A stretch of 64,000 nt of DNA from Macrostomum lignano (GCA_002269645.1 NIVC01000911.1:349298-413297), one strand, 5' to 3'. Counted from the first letter of the stretch, positions 1 through 13,300 are shown. A program made the numbers and translations. The notes: generated by a model not told the origin, from the letters alone.

Positions 1-2490
1 GAAGGCAAGCGTGGTGCTGTGTGCGATCGACTGCATGATGGAATGGAAGGCAGAGGCTTGCTGTGGGCCCCAAGACCACTGCACGTTCTCCTTGGTCAGC
101 TCTCGAAGGGGCCTCGCTTTGTCGGCGAGATTTGGGATGAAGCGGACTACGAATGTGACGAGTCCGCGAGGAAGGACCGCACCTCCGTTGCATTTTCTGG
201 TCGCTTGAAGTTGGCCACAGCCTCCAGCTTTTCCTCGGTCGGTTAGATTCCGGCCGCCGAGAGGCGCATGGCCAGGAAGTCGGCCTGCTGGGTCGCAATG
301 CGGCATTTGCGGGGGTTCAGAGTCACGTTGTGTTGGCGCAGCCTGTCAAGGCAGTTGCGCAGCCGCTCGTTGTGCTCTCAGCTTAGGGTGCTGGCAAAGA
401 TGATTGACGTGACGCGAAAGCCAGGAGCTGATTGTTGTTTAATAACGAATGTGAATGCTTGCGATATATTTGTAGGATAGCCAAAGTTACTTGACGAGCT
501 AAAGACCGAGAGCAATAGCTTAAATATTGTAAATATTAAATTTCACTGATGCACTGGCTAAATGAGTGGGGAGAGTACAAAATGGTAGAGACTTAAGGGG
601 CAGATCGCAAGCTGCAACCAAAGTGACCAAGCGAAGTTAAGCAGACAAACCCCGCACAGTTACCATTACCAATCAACCGTCACTTCAATGATGATGTCGT
701 CATGGACCCACCGCACGCCCCTCAAACCGCTCAGGATGGAAGTCATGACGCGCTGTAGGATTTTTGATGCTGAAGTAAATCCCATGCAAAGACGCTTGAG
801 GCGAAGCAGGCCCAGAGGTGTTGAGAAGGTGAGGAGGTGACGTGACTTCTCGCTGACCTCGATCTGGTGGAAGGCCTTGGCAACGTCCTGTTCGGAAAAG
901 TAGGTGGAGCCGGCCATCTCATCTGTGACTTCCTCAAATGTCGGTATTGGCTGCTTTTCTGGAACGACGTACTTATTGACGTCCCTCAGGTCCTGTGTGA
1001 TGCGGATCTCACCTGGCGAGGCCTTCGGACAGATCAACATACGTGAACTCCAGGCACTGGGCCCCGTCACTCGCTCCAGGATGCTGGCTGCTAGCTGGTC
1101 TTTCAGCTTTTTTCCACTGCGGTTCGAAGATGCACCTTGACTAGGGACGGAGGGTGGCAGACTGGCACCGCTTCTTCTTTCAGCTGGATGCTGACTGAGA
1201 CGCCCTTGATGCAGCCAATTCCTTGAAACCTGTCGCTGAACTCCTTCATGATTTATGAATCTTGCGGAAAGTGCAGGTCGTTGACTGTTGGTGTCAGTCC
1301 GGCGGTGAGAGCTGTCTCAGCCTGCGGTCCGACCCTCAGCATCCCCATCTGCGTGCTTGTCCCGCGGCATAGATGGTGATGCAGTCCTCTCTGATGACGA
1401 TGAAGCGCACTCACTCCGAGTTCCCGTTGATCTTCGTGTGCAGAGTGATCTGGCCAGCGGGTGTCAGGGGTCTCGCTGCTCCAAGAGGATAGACCCTTGT
1501 GTGTATGGGCTGCAGCGCCAGCTCGGGTGCTCCCGTTAGACGAAGTGTCCGCTGGCTGAGCACGTTGCAGCTCGCGCCGCTGTCGATCAGGACGGGTCGT
1601 TCGAGCCGTTGATGACCGCTTTGAAGGTGGCGCTTCTGCGGCTGGGGTTCGAGGCTGGAGAATGCGCCACTGCCGGTTCCTCTGGTTTAGGCTCTGTCAT
1701 GTTGATGCGTGCGCGGCCGCTTAGGCAGGCCTTCGCCAGGTGGTGCAGCTTGCCGCAGTTGCTGCCGCGCTTGCCTTGGGCCCGGTTGCAAGTGCGGTGG
1801 CCGGGCTCTCCGCACCTCAGGCATTTTCGGCCGGGCTTGCTGGCGGGCGCCTTGCGGGGCGCTTGTCGCGAGCCGCATGCACTTCTTCACCTGGTCCGGC
1901 TGCTGGGCGCTCCATGGCCGCCTGCTGGCTGGCTGCTTCGTTTGTTCTCGCCAGCTGGGGGCCTCTGGGAGGCTGATGTTGGGCACGTTCCTGAGCAGCC
2001 GCTTTCGGAGGGAGTCGCTACGGCAGCAGGCGACGATCTGGTCGCGGATGAGAAACAGCTGGCGCAGCTCTCCGAACTAGCAGGCCCCAGCCGCGTTGCA
2101 CAGTCGGATGTACCACCTGTTGATGGCTTCCCCGTCCACTGAGCTGCGTGCACTGGCGGAATTGGTACCGGGTGAACACGACGTTGTCGCGTCCTTGAAA
2201 GTGCTGAGTTAGCGCCGCTATGAGTGAGTCGAGCGTTTGCTGCTCCGGCCTGTCAGTTGCTGGCCGTGTCGCTGAGATCTCTTTAAAATGTCCGAGACCT
2301 CTTTTCCCGCAGTGTACAGGAGAATTTCCTGCTTCTGGGCGTCGTCAGACACTCCTGATGCTGCAGGAATCGCTTTAGTGTGGTCGCCCACTCTTTCCAG
2401 CGCTTGCTGACGGTGTGAGAGTCCGCGCTGACGCTGAATGCGGATTGCGGCTGTAGCTGTAGTAGCGCAATTTGGTTCTGGTTTGCGATG
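1..2490 (-). mobile_element. Degenerate Ty3/Gypsy LTR retrotransposon internal region (gag, protease, RT, start of RNase H), continuing beyond the window start
   Basis: Minus-strand translations: gag-like RWKEW...DDAQKQEILLYTAGKEVSDI (about 2283-2440); zinc knuckles CLRCGEPGHRTC and NCGKLHHLAKAC (about 1730-1830); protease motif VLIDSGASCNVLS (about 1555-1595); RT PIPTFEEV...AFHQI...RLCMG...VHDDIII (688-1070); RT C-terminal part RLRQHNVTLN...EVRSFL...RFIPN (1-404). Several frameshifts and stops. Confidence 0.92.
405..687 (-). mobile_element. Solo LTR (283 bp) inserted into the Gypsy RT domain
   Basis: TG...CA termini with a 10-bp imperfect inverted repeat (TGACGTGACG / CGTCACTTCA). ATGAT duplicated at 400-404 and 688-692. 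Removing the insert restores HDD-III-FA in RT. ATTAAA on the minus strand at 438-443. Confidence 0.88.
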
Positions 2491-2500
2491 CCAACGTACA

Positions 2501-2740
2501 TGAAGCGAGAAACTTCGGCTAATGTTTGCAAGTGTTTGCAAGTGTTGGTTAGCCACTCAAAAGGGTGAAGTAGAAGGTGGCTTTGCCTGTGTATTTATTG
2601 TCTGACTGAACTGATTTACGGTTCATTGAGTGCGCGTGGAAATGTGCTCTGTAGTAAGGGAGTGGATAGGCTGGGGCGGGGTCACAGAGTGCGAACTGGC
2701 TGTCTCCGAACTGCATGCCTCACTGCGTGCGCATGCAACA
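2501..2740 (-). repeat. Candidate 5' LTR of the Gypsy element
   Basis: Minus strand begins TGTTGCATG at 2740, contains AATAAA (plus-strand 2594-2599), and is followed a few nt later by a TGG-starting PBS-like sequence (TGGCATCGCAAACC) upstream of gag. The partner LTR is outside the window. Confidence 0.45.
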
Positions 2741-2849
2741 ATTACCATGAAGTGCATGCACATACATGTACTCTACAAAATATAAAAGTGCTCCGTTGAT
2801 CCCATCCATAGAAATATATATGTATATGATATCAATTTTAACGATACAA

Positions 2850-4675
2850 ACCAAAATGAGGAGTAGTAGGCATGTAGCCTCATTAGACCGGCATCGTGGA
2901 ATTCAAAAGGGTTTCCATTCGGTAAATCGCTGAGGCGAAGAAGGACTCGATATGTTCGAGATGTGTGCCTCGAAAACACAACGGACATAAATATCCACGA
3001 CGGTTGCCAGTTGCCGAATTTCTTTTGTCAGTTCCTTGGCTGCTTTTCTTGCCGGAATTTCCAGCAGCGCATCAATTGAGGCAGCTGCGATGCAATGATT
3101 CAAGCTCTAACCACGTATCACCGTCAAAATTCTCAAGAAGCGTGTGTTGCACCTGGATGTTTTGGATATAGCTTTCAGACTGCTGTACATGAAATGGTCC
3201 CACACTTACTTCCTGAAGGTTGTCTATCTCAATTCGAGGAAAGCCTGTGGACTCTGGATCTAGCACATCGACTGGTGACCAGCGCCTCGACCCTTCGATA
3301 GGAGTTCGGGTCACGTCACACAGGTAGTTCACACCTTCAATCGGATCGAATTCGTTGCTGAGAAACATACGCCTGGTAAAATTCTGACCAAACTCAAAAA
3401 GTGAGCTGTCATTCCATGACTTTGGCAGCGTTTTATTCAGTGGGAATCCAATGTGCGAGCGGTTGTATTTGGCAATACAGTTGTCGATAATGACATCTAG
3501 CCGACTAGATGTACTGAATTCAGCTGGCTGCTGCCACTGGTATGGCTCATGCCGCTCATTACGAGCGTATTACACCTGTTCTGCTTGATTGCAGCGAACG
3601 CGCACTCAACAAAAAAGCGGAAAAGCGTAGCCAGCCTACTGGTATTTGACTCAATAGAAGTCAGTTTTCCGTGAACGGGACGATCCTCAGCCGATACTAG
3701 ATTCTTTACGTAGCAAAATCGATCATTAAGTATTGGATCGCCGGGTCCGAGAGGAAACGATAGGAGCGTGTTTCCTCGACTATTTGATTCAGTCAGATCG
3801 TGGAAACTCTTGCCCGATGAATCAGTGCAGCGTGGTGAACTGTAACCGCGGTCAAATATCGCCACGACTCGATACCCTGGCACATTGGCACAGAGTAGTT
3901 TTGTTAGTGCAGCTGGATTGAGATGCTCTCACTCCATCTCTATCTGGTAGGCCGTCAGATTTCCATCACTGAGGGCAGGAGATATGGATCCGCAGAGCGG
4001 TGCTGCGTAAACTACCTTGCCAGTCGCATTCACTACGACCAGTTTCTTTAAAACGTTGCTACTCTTCGGAGCATAGTATGTGCGTTTCTGCAGATGGTGC
4101 TGGCCGCCTTTACCGATGAAAAAGTACGTATGGTCACCGATAAACAAAACAAGCTGCTTATTCCGAACGTATCGTTCAAAAACACCTGCAAAAAATTCGT
4201 CCCTAACAACGTTCGTCTCCAGGATCGTCTCAATCGGAGCACATGACAGTAGCCTTGGTTGAAAAGGGTCGTTGATGTAGTGATCCTTGGCCACCTCCCA
4301 AAAGACTTCACAAGCGCGGCGCGCAGAAATGTTGAAATCGTTTCCTATGGCTTCAAAGCTGACGCCATGGCGGAGTTTTTTCAGGTAAAGAAATACTCTG
4401 TTCTCTTGACTTAGAAATCTAGTGCGTACTGAGCCAGAGATGAGGCTTTTGAAGCTGTCAAAGTTCTCTCGAGACATTCCGACGACTTTCTCAAAGCGCT
4501 TGTCAGCCAAAAGTTCCAGCGCATCTCTCACATCTGCGAATGACTTGCAGGAGCCAAAGGAAGTCGCTTTCTTTAAAACCGAACACCTGGTTGTCTGCTG
4601 ATGTTTCTTGAGGCTGAATTCAGTGCTGAACTGTTTACCACATCGATGGCATGCCCAGTCCAGTTTATGACAAAG
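2850..4675 (-). mobile_element. Disrupted PIF/Harbinger-ISL2EU-like (DDE_Tnp_4) DNA transposase with an N-terminal zinc finger
   Basis: ORF 3929-4531 has an HTH-like segment LSQENRVFLYLKKLRHGVSFEAIGNDFNIS and DDE motifs IGDHTYFFI, QKRTY and G...SD. ORF 3497-3883 has IFDRGY and RFFVECAFAAIK. Downstream fragments read FPRIEIDNLQEVSVGPFHVQQSESY and SRHTSRTYRVLL. The frame stays open upstream to 4675 with CHRCGKQFSTEFSLKKHQQTTRC. Segments lie in different frames. Confidence 0.8.
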
Positions 4676-5272
4676 CTAAGTTACATAGATTGAAAAGTGA
4701 AGGAAACAATGAGCCGCAAGAGTCGATCAGAAAATGTGCATCACCAAATTATTGCACGCATAGATTTCGAAATATAAATGGCTAATGGTCACGCACTTTA
4801 GAGTCCAGCATGCTGTCTTGAAGGCTACTGACAAGCGTTTTTGACATAAAATACATTCTGCCCAAATACTTTAACACTTTTATAATGATAATAGCAGTAT
4901 TATTAACACACTCAGCGTCGGCCATACAAATGTACATGGAGTGCACATATGGGTTGCGGGATTCAGATTGCGTAATCGATACTTAAATGCTCGTTGCCCA
5001 GCAAAAAGAAATTTCAAGGTGTCAGGGCAATAAAAGTGAAGAACACTCATTATAAAATGATACTGGCTAGCAAAGAATTACGTGCACATATGGGTGCGGG
5101 ATATAATGAGGCTGCCTCGATTAATGAGGATTTCAATATTAGGTCCATAAGATTTAGGCATATGATTACAAAGGCACAGCACCCTCTCGGCATCTCTGTT
5201 AGCCTATCTTGCCTACTGTATATCCCATCAGTACTCGAAATATGGCCCGTAAAAAATCATCAACGCAAGAGG

Positions 5273-5575
5273 GATGCGGTTTTCGACGATTCTTCTCTCA
5301 TTGTCGGTCCAGTAGAGAGATCCAATAGAGAAACCGGCTCAATCGGCAACCGCTTCCATTTCAGGGCCTTAAGTTCACATGAAATCCCCATTTTTCCCCA
5401 TTTATCCCATTCAGGGAGACCAAATGATAGAGAGATGCGGTTTTCGACGATTCTTTTCTCATTGTCGGTCCAGTAGAGAGATCCGATAGAGAAACCGGCT
5501 CAATCGGCCACCGCTTCCATTTCAGAGCCTTAAGTTCACATGAAATCCCCATTTTTCCCCATGCATTTATCCCAT
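5273..5575. repeat. Two-copy tandem duplication, 161-bp offset
   Basis: GATGCGGTTTTCGACGATTC...CATTTTTCCCCA occurs at 5273 and again at 5434 with few substitutions. Confidence 0.9.
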
Positions 5576-7661
5576 GCGGAAGCGGCCGGGGTGGAAGAAA
5601 GATCAATTACGCTTTTCTTGTCTATTTTGGGTCTGAATAGTGAGAATTTCGCAGCGGTTTAGTTGCTGGACTCACGGCTTCCAAATCGCGTTTAAGTTTA
5701 CATCCTCTTTCTGGCAGCATAAATGTATATAAAAATCAGTTTAAGTTTTACACTGCCTTCCCGATGTGGGAACACAATCGACACACGTCGATCATCAACG
5801 ATAATTCTATTCCTGTTATGTACATGTAGGAGTGCAAATCAAGGACCATATAGCTATGGCTAAATTTCTAAATATAGTTGGGGCGTTACTGTCTAAGGGA
5901 AGCTTAGCTCTTCAGGAAAAAAACGATTTGTTGAACGGAAAACTCGCTGCAGGAATATTATGTAGGCCGCGCTAGCTTAACAATGCTGTTTACTCAGTCT
6001 TTTAGTAGCGGTGTACGGTTATTAGTTTTCATTTAAACTTTCTTTGCCCTTTTCTCCACTGAATATTAGCACTGAAAAAACAGCTGGTCCTTTAATTGGT
6101 TGATCCTACCATCCGGGTTGAAGTTCTTTTACGTACTAAAACAATGTAACACCTAAAGCTACTTAAATGGTGTCTTTCTGTGTATTATTGGTGGTGTATA
6201 TTATAGAAAAAGCAGTTGCTAAATTTAATAATTAATATTTTAGTCTAAAATATTATAAAAAGTTTGAACGCGTACATCTTTACGACGTGTTTTAATTCCA
6301 GTTTAATTTACTGTGCTATAAAATAATCAAACTAAGCCTAGCGTGGACCTGGACCTGCTGGTTATCACAAACCTTCGTGATAGTCATTTTAACTTTTTAC
6401 AGAGCTAATTTCTTTTCAAAGTAGTGTCATCGCATTGTCTCAAAAGTTTTAGATAGCTATATATAGCTATGCAAGCATTCAGCCAGTTAGGCTTTGTGAT
6501 TGCAATTGGCAGTAGGTCTCCAGTATTCCAGTAAGTAAAGGGCGCACCAAGTAAAGTAGCCTAGCCAATATCAAAAGATTGCATGACTAAGCCTACATTG
6601 ATACATTTGTGTTCGAAAATTTGTTCCAATAATTAAGTCAAGCCTAAATAATATGCATGTGATGTAAGAGGATTGCAATCAATAATTTTTCACTATATTT
6701 GCAATTTTGCTATTGTGGGGCCTAATACTATATAGTGTAGGACCAAGACCGCCACACTTGAGGACCTGGGGAGGAATTTGGCTCAATGTGTTATTGGATG
6801 GTGCTAAATAAGATATGAGTGGGTAGAAGAGGGAGAGCCAGTAGGACAAGGCTACGAGACTAACAAGAGAGGAACCCATGAGAGGAATAAATGCTAGAAG
6901 ATTGGTAGGCCTAGCTCCACCTCAATACCAGTAGCCAGTAATAGCTGATTAGCTGTGGCAGTCTTGATGTGTGGTGGTCTTAGTCATGCGCCAAGGAATT
7001 ATCCAAATTATACACTTTTTTCCCTTTATTGATTGTCGCTGAATTTGCCTAGGCCCCCTAGATTTTTGCCAAATTTGCTTTTGCCAAATTGGTTCATTGT
7101 GAATCTCTATTGCCAAATTTGTTTGTCTCCAAATTGGTTAGCACTCATTAAATGTAATAAATAGATATTGAATACAAAAGACAATAAGAATATGTTGAAA
7201 TAGGGACATTGCAATTTAAAGTAGAGAATTTAGTGAATATAAATGGCAAAAGTAACTAGGGCCTATGTCTTTTATAGTTAAATGCAATAATATAATCTAA
7301 TTAGTGCTATATTTATATTTTTTGATAGGTATTTTTTATAACTTGCCTTGACTAGGCCAAGTTAGCCAAGTGCTAGGGGCCTAAATGTATATAATTTTAT
7401 TATAGGACCCATAGCCTAGGCATAAGTATCAGAATAGGGGAAGGGGCTAGGGTCTTTTTGTCTACCTTTGCAATTGCATTCTCCTAATAAGTTTTGTCAA
7501 TAGTATTAATAATGTACACTTATAATATATTTGATTATACACTTACTTGATGCTTGGTCACCTGTATCTCTAATTATATAGGCCTACATGACCTTATTGA
7601 TTGTTATACACTTTTTGGTTGATTAAAACTTAATACTAGACTCTAAAAAGTTATATATGTA

Positions 7662-7838
7662 CATGGGCAGCGAGAGCTTGCAGCACCAAAAACATGCGCC
7701 CCCCCCCAGAAAATGAGTCCACCCAGTAATTTTTAGTGCTCTTTTTTATTTTAGGCCCTAATTAGCAGTTACAAAAGTACCTGTGCCCCCCTTGCCCTGT
7801 GCCTGGTGCCCCCTTAAAATATTAGGCTCCGCCGCCCC
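7662..7838. mobile_element. Possible MITE flanked by TA runs
   Basis: GC-rich island in AT-rich DNA. Ends GGGCAGCGAGAGC and GGCTCCGCCGCCCC are roughly complementary, with TATATA on both sides. Confidence 0.4.
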
Positions 7839-9254
7839 TATATATATATGCCAGAAAATTCCAGCATACAAATGACCACCTTCAAAGTTGGCATACAAAT
7901 TATTGCATTTTTGCATGTTCATGCATGAACATTATAATGTAAATTAACATTTTTACATAAAATGAATTAAAATTTGTAAAGTCTAAAAAGTCAATGATAA
8001 ACTTTTTGCTTCTTTAAATGAACAATAATTAAAGTTAGTATAAATTATTGCTAAGAACATAAATTTTGCTTACTTCTTTCTATCGGTATAATTTAAGTTT
8101 GTTTAAAATGAAAATATATTTAATTTTTTAAAAAGACTCTTTATATAAAAGCTTTTTTAGAAAACTCTACTCATGAATACCAAATGACATTTTAAATACT
8201 AGGCCTATATCTATACTAGATCTAATAAATACTATATCTGTATTTTTTGGGTGGGCATTTTTACAAGTTACCTTAATTGAGACCTTTACAAGCTGGCTAG
8301 GTTAGCCAAGTGCTGCATATGCATAATTATATCATAAGCCCATAAGTATCAAAATGGGAGGGCTAGAAAGCCATTGTCTTATTTTTTTAAATAGATAGAG
8401 TTTTCAATGGTACTTAGCCTATCCACTTTAAAAAAATATTCTTATGCCTATGCTAATAGGCTATATTTCAATGGTCTATAAAACATTAGATATAATCATG
8501 CAATCCTTATCTTTATAAGTGATATAGACTGGGTATGGTATTGTTTCTTTTTGCATTTCTACAATTGTAAAAACTTTTATAATTCTGTCTATGTGCTAAA
8601 GTATTGCAGTAATTAAAAATATTCAAGTTACTAAAAAGTAGTATGATAGTGTTTTTTGCTATATAGAAATATATCAGAATTTTTACTAGATATCATTGAC
8701 ATTAGAGATTTTTATATTTTGTATTTTTTTATTTAATGTATTTAATTATTTTATATTACAAAATAAATTATTTAATATAAATTTGATAGTAAATATTTAA
8801 CTATATTAATAATCTTTAAAAAATGACTAAAATCAATCTATGTCTATATTCTAGCTTTTTATTAATTAATCTATCAATCATAGTATTATATGAAATATTA
8901 AGTGAGGTAACTATATTATATTTTAAGTTTTGTTTTACATCTATATATGCTTTGAAGATAACATGAAAAAATCTAAGTAATTATTATAGCTAATTAGTTT
9001 GAGCGCCCAAATTTTATTTAACTTTTCAAGAAAAAAATATTTTTTATTTTATTTAAGTAGTAAAATAAATGTGAAAATCTATATAGATTAAGTTGGATTA
9101 AATTTTTCCAATTTTTTGTTTTGGTCTAACAAGGGCTATCTTTAGGGTTTAAAATATTTTCACTAATGCAACAACTTTTATAAGAGATAAACAGAAAAGA
9201 AATGTTTATTATAAAGTCCAGGGGCATACATATCAGGGGCAGATATGCTTGGGT

Positions 9255-9404
9255 GCAACCTTGGGATTCACTTGGCCATTTCTATTGGCAACATACACAT
9301 ATGTTGCTATTGGATGGAATAGTAGTCACATGACTACTCTCAGCCAATAGCAACTTACATATGCATGTTGCCAATAGAAATAGCCAAGTAAATCCCAAGG
9401 TTGC
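9255..9404. repeat. 150-bp near-perfect palindrome (MITE-like hairpin)
   Basis: The left arm GCAACCTTGGGATTCACTTGGCCATTTCTATTGGCAACAT...TAGTCA pairs with the right arm TGACTA...ATGTTGCCAATAGAAATAGCCAAGTAAATCCCAAGGTTGC. Confidence 0.9.
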
Positions 9405-10303
9405 GCATGTATGGGGGTAGAATGTTCAAAGTAAGTTAGCAAAGATTGTAAGTACAATGATTAGGTTTGTGCCTTCACTTAGAATACCTTGAGTAAATGG
9501 CTCACACCACTGTGAGAAAGTTAAATATTTAGATTTAGTTTCTGGTTTTTGATTTACATGGATTCAAGTATATTGAGCCTAAAGTCAGTCCTACAATAAT
9601 CAATAATTTTAAACTGCTGAGTTTGCTTAATATTGCAACAACTATTGCAACAGAGCAGGTGGTCTTGGATAGCCAACCTTTTCAACCAATGCTCTTGAAC
9701 TCTGGTGTATGGGTGTCAATAGAATAAGAGAACTTGTACACAACACCCACAGCCAGAGCAAGGGGAAAATGGGATTTAAGTCTACCAACATATTTCGCAT
9801 TTTTAGTTCAAGGCAAAATTGTATATTTTGTATATTTTTAAAGGTTTTTTAAGCATTAAAATTGCAATACTATTTGCGATTATTGGCCTAATTCTAAATG
9901 CCAAATTGAAAACCAATATTCTGGCTAGTGTCAGGCAGTTAAAAAGTTCAAAATCAAATATAAATACATCCCTACCCAATTTTTAATATTGTCTCTTAAC
10001 CCAATGAAGTTGCAAAAGTCTACTGATTCCATGTTTAAAGATTAGCCAAATTGACAATTCATAGAGTTCTTTAAATCCTGCATATTCCTACATAAATTTT
10101 TATTGAACTTAAATGTTTGCAATACCTATTTTTCAATTTGGCATCCTGTTTGCATAGCTGCCTGTCTGTTAAACATCTGCCATTGCAAATAACAACAACT
10201 TGCCTTCCAGCTGTAAATTGACTCTATTTTGAAAATAAACAATCTTAGCTGATTTTCTATCTATTGGAAACTGACAAAGGACAAATAAGGATCCAGGCAA
10301 AAA

Positions 10304-13300
10304 ATGTCTTTTGGGCCTGGCGCTTCTGGTGGGACGCCGCCTCGTGCGCCTCAGCTATATAATCCGACAGCATTTGCCTCTGGCACTGCTCAATCAGCTA
10401 ATGCCCAATCCAAAGGCTGGAATCCCTTTGCTTCGCAGCCGCAGTCATCATCAATGTACGGTACACCTGTGTTTCCTGGAAACTATAGCAGTGCAGCCGA
10501 TCTAGATCCTGATAATTTTTTTTCATCTTTTGGCGTGTCTAGTCCGCCTAAGCCGAATTCCCAGCCGCCGCCGCCGCCGCCACCACAGGCGCAGCAGTAT
10601 TTTAAACCACAGAGCGCTTAGTAAGTTAATAATTAGTACATCTAATACACTCCATAAAGTTTTAGTAATATTTCATATTCTCGATCAAATCTCAGATATG
10701 CAATTTCACACATCATCTTACATTGAAATGTTAAACTCTTCTTAATCTCTGAGTTTGATTTTAGAACTCCCACATCATCAATCTCATGACTGTTGAGAGA
10801 AGGATTTCAGTCTCAGCATTAATGATTCAGTATCATTAATCTCTGAGTTAGATTTTACACTTCTCTCTTAGGATGAAAATTCACAATCTCATAATGATGC
10901 TACTCAATCTCAGGATTGGACTTCTCAATCTCAAGACGAGACTTCAGAATTCTCAATCTCAGGACGATACTTCTCAATCTGAGGATGAGACTTGAACTTC
11001 TCAATCTTAGGATGATGTGACTTACTTCTCAATCTCAGGATAAGATTTTAAACTTCTCAGTATTATAATGAGAATTAGTATATAGGAAGGATGTCGGAGT
11101 AAAAGCATCGATTCTTATTGTCAGAAACTCAGAGTGAGATTGCAGGCTAAATTACTCAACATTCCGAAGATTGAGGGAGAATTTTAGAGCGTCAAAACTT
11201 GAAAAAATATTGAACCAGTTAATCTCTTCAACCCATTTTTACCCTTGATATCAGCAGCTGCGATCAGCCGGACTCAAATGCTGCTCATCAAGCGCCTGTG
11301 GCGGCGCCTGCGGCTTCTACGGCGTACGCCTGGCCAACTGCCGACTATCGCGTCGATGATAACGAGGACAATGCTTCTGGCGAAGCGGGCGGCGGAGACT
11401 GGAACGACATCGATTTAGATGCGGAATCTCGCGGCGGAGGCAACGGCAGCGGCAGCGGCGGAGGCGGCGGCGGTTGGGAAGACGAGATCGGCATGCTAGG
11501 CGTGGCTTCCAGCGTGGACTCTCGCAATAAGGAGTATTTTTCTTCTTCTAGCAGCGGTAGCGGCGGCAGCAGCGGCAATGGCATGGACGAAGAAGACGAA
11601 GTTGATGACGATGGAGAGGGCAGCTCCGATGCCGTCCAAAGCGACACAGATAGCCAAATTGCTGGCGGGGAGCAGCCGCCCCATCAGGTTTATCAGCCGA
11701 ACGCTTCGGCTGCAGCTGTCAGTCAGGCTGACATGCATCAACAGTCTGTTTTAGAGTCTTTCCAGCCTGATTCATCAGCAGCTTCCGCTAGTCAGGGCTA
11801 TCAGATCTATCAGCCAAATTTAACCAATCCTCCTCCAGATACTACTAATGAGGATACTACTGCTACTCATCAGCAGCAGGATTATCCTGACTCTAACTAT
11901 GATCGTCTACAGAATATGGAGCAGCCTGAAGATAATGGGGAGTCTAGAAGTACACCACCGCCAGTAATGGGCAGTCAGGAGCATTGGCAGTTTGATGAAG
12001 CCCCGTCTGATAGTCAGTCCGCTCCGCCGGAATTGTTTGCCAACTCGGCTATTGAGCAGTCATTTCTTCCTACACCTGCCAATCAGGCTTATCAACTGCC
12101 AGCTGTGCAGTCAGCTGCTAGTGGCCATTCTTTGACTAACTCTTTGTTTCAACAGTCTGCGCCTTCGCTAGCTGGCTCTTTGTTCCAACCGTCTGCGACT
12201 ATTCCACCAGCTAGTCAGGCTTACCAACAATCGATGCCACCTCCAGTCAGTCAGGCTTACCAACAATCGGCGCCACCTCCAGCCAGTCAGGCTTACCAAC
12301 AATCGGCGCCACCTCCAGCCAGTCAGGCTTACCAACAATCGGCGCCACCTCCAGCTAGTCAGGCTTACCAACAATCGGCGCCACCTCCAGCCAGTCAGGC
12401 TTACCAACAATCGATGCCACCTCCAGCCAGTCAGGCTTATCAACAATCGGCGCCACCTCTAGCCAGTCAGGCTTATCAACAATCGGCGCCAACTCCACCA
12501 CCAGCCAGTCAAGCTTATCAACAATCGGCGCCAACTCCTCCACCAGTCAGCCAGGCTTATCAACTATCGGCGCCAACTCCACCACCAGTCAGCCAGGCTT
12601 ATCAACTATCGGCGCCACCTCCAGCCAGTGAGGCTTATCAACAATCGGTGCCACCTCCACCTCCAGTCAGCCAGGCTCATCAACAATCGGCACCACTTCC
12701 ATCTGCTAGGCAGGCTTATCAAAAATCGATGCCACCAGAAAGTCAGGCTTATCAACAATCGGCGCCAACTCCTCCACCAGCCAGTCAGGCTTACCAACAA
12801 TCGACGCCACCTCCAGCCAGTCAGGCTTATCAACAATTCGTGCCAACTCCACCACCAGCCAGTCAGGCTTATCAACAATCGACGACACCTCCAGCCAGTC
12901 AGGCTTACCAACAATCGATGCCACTTCCAGCTAGTCAGGCTTACCAACAATCGACGCCACCTCCAGCCAGTCAGGCTTATCAACAATCGACGCCACCTCC
13001 AGCCAGTCAGGCTTACCAGCAATCGACGCCACCTCCAGCCAGTCAGGCTTATCAACAATCGGCGCCACCTCCATCCAGTCAGGCTTACCAACAATCGACG
13101 CCACCTCCAGCCAGTCAGGCTTATCAACAATCGGCGCCACCTCCATCCAGTCAGGCTTACCAACAATCGACGCCACCTCCATCCAGTCAGGCTTATCAAC
13201 AATCGGCGCCACCACCAGCCAGTCAAGCTTATCAACAATCGGGGCCAACTTTAGCGCCTCCAGCCAGTCAGGCTTATCAACTATTGGCGCCACCTTCAGC

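Noticed and set aside
4994-5476. 160-aa plus-strand ORF
   Set aside because: It starts at TTG, has no recognisable motif, and its 3' half is the 161-bp tandem duplication.
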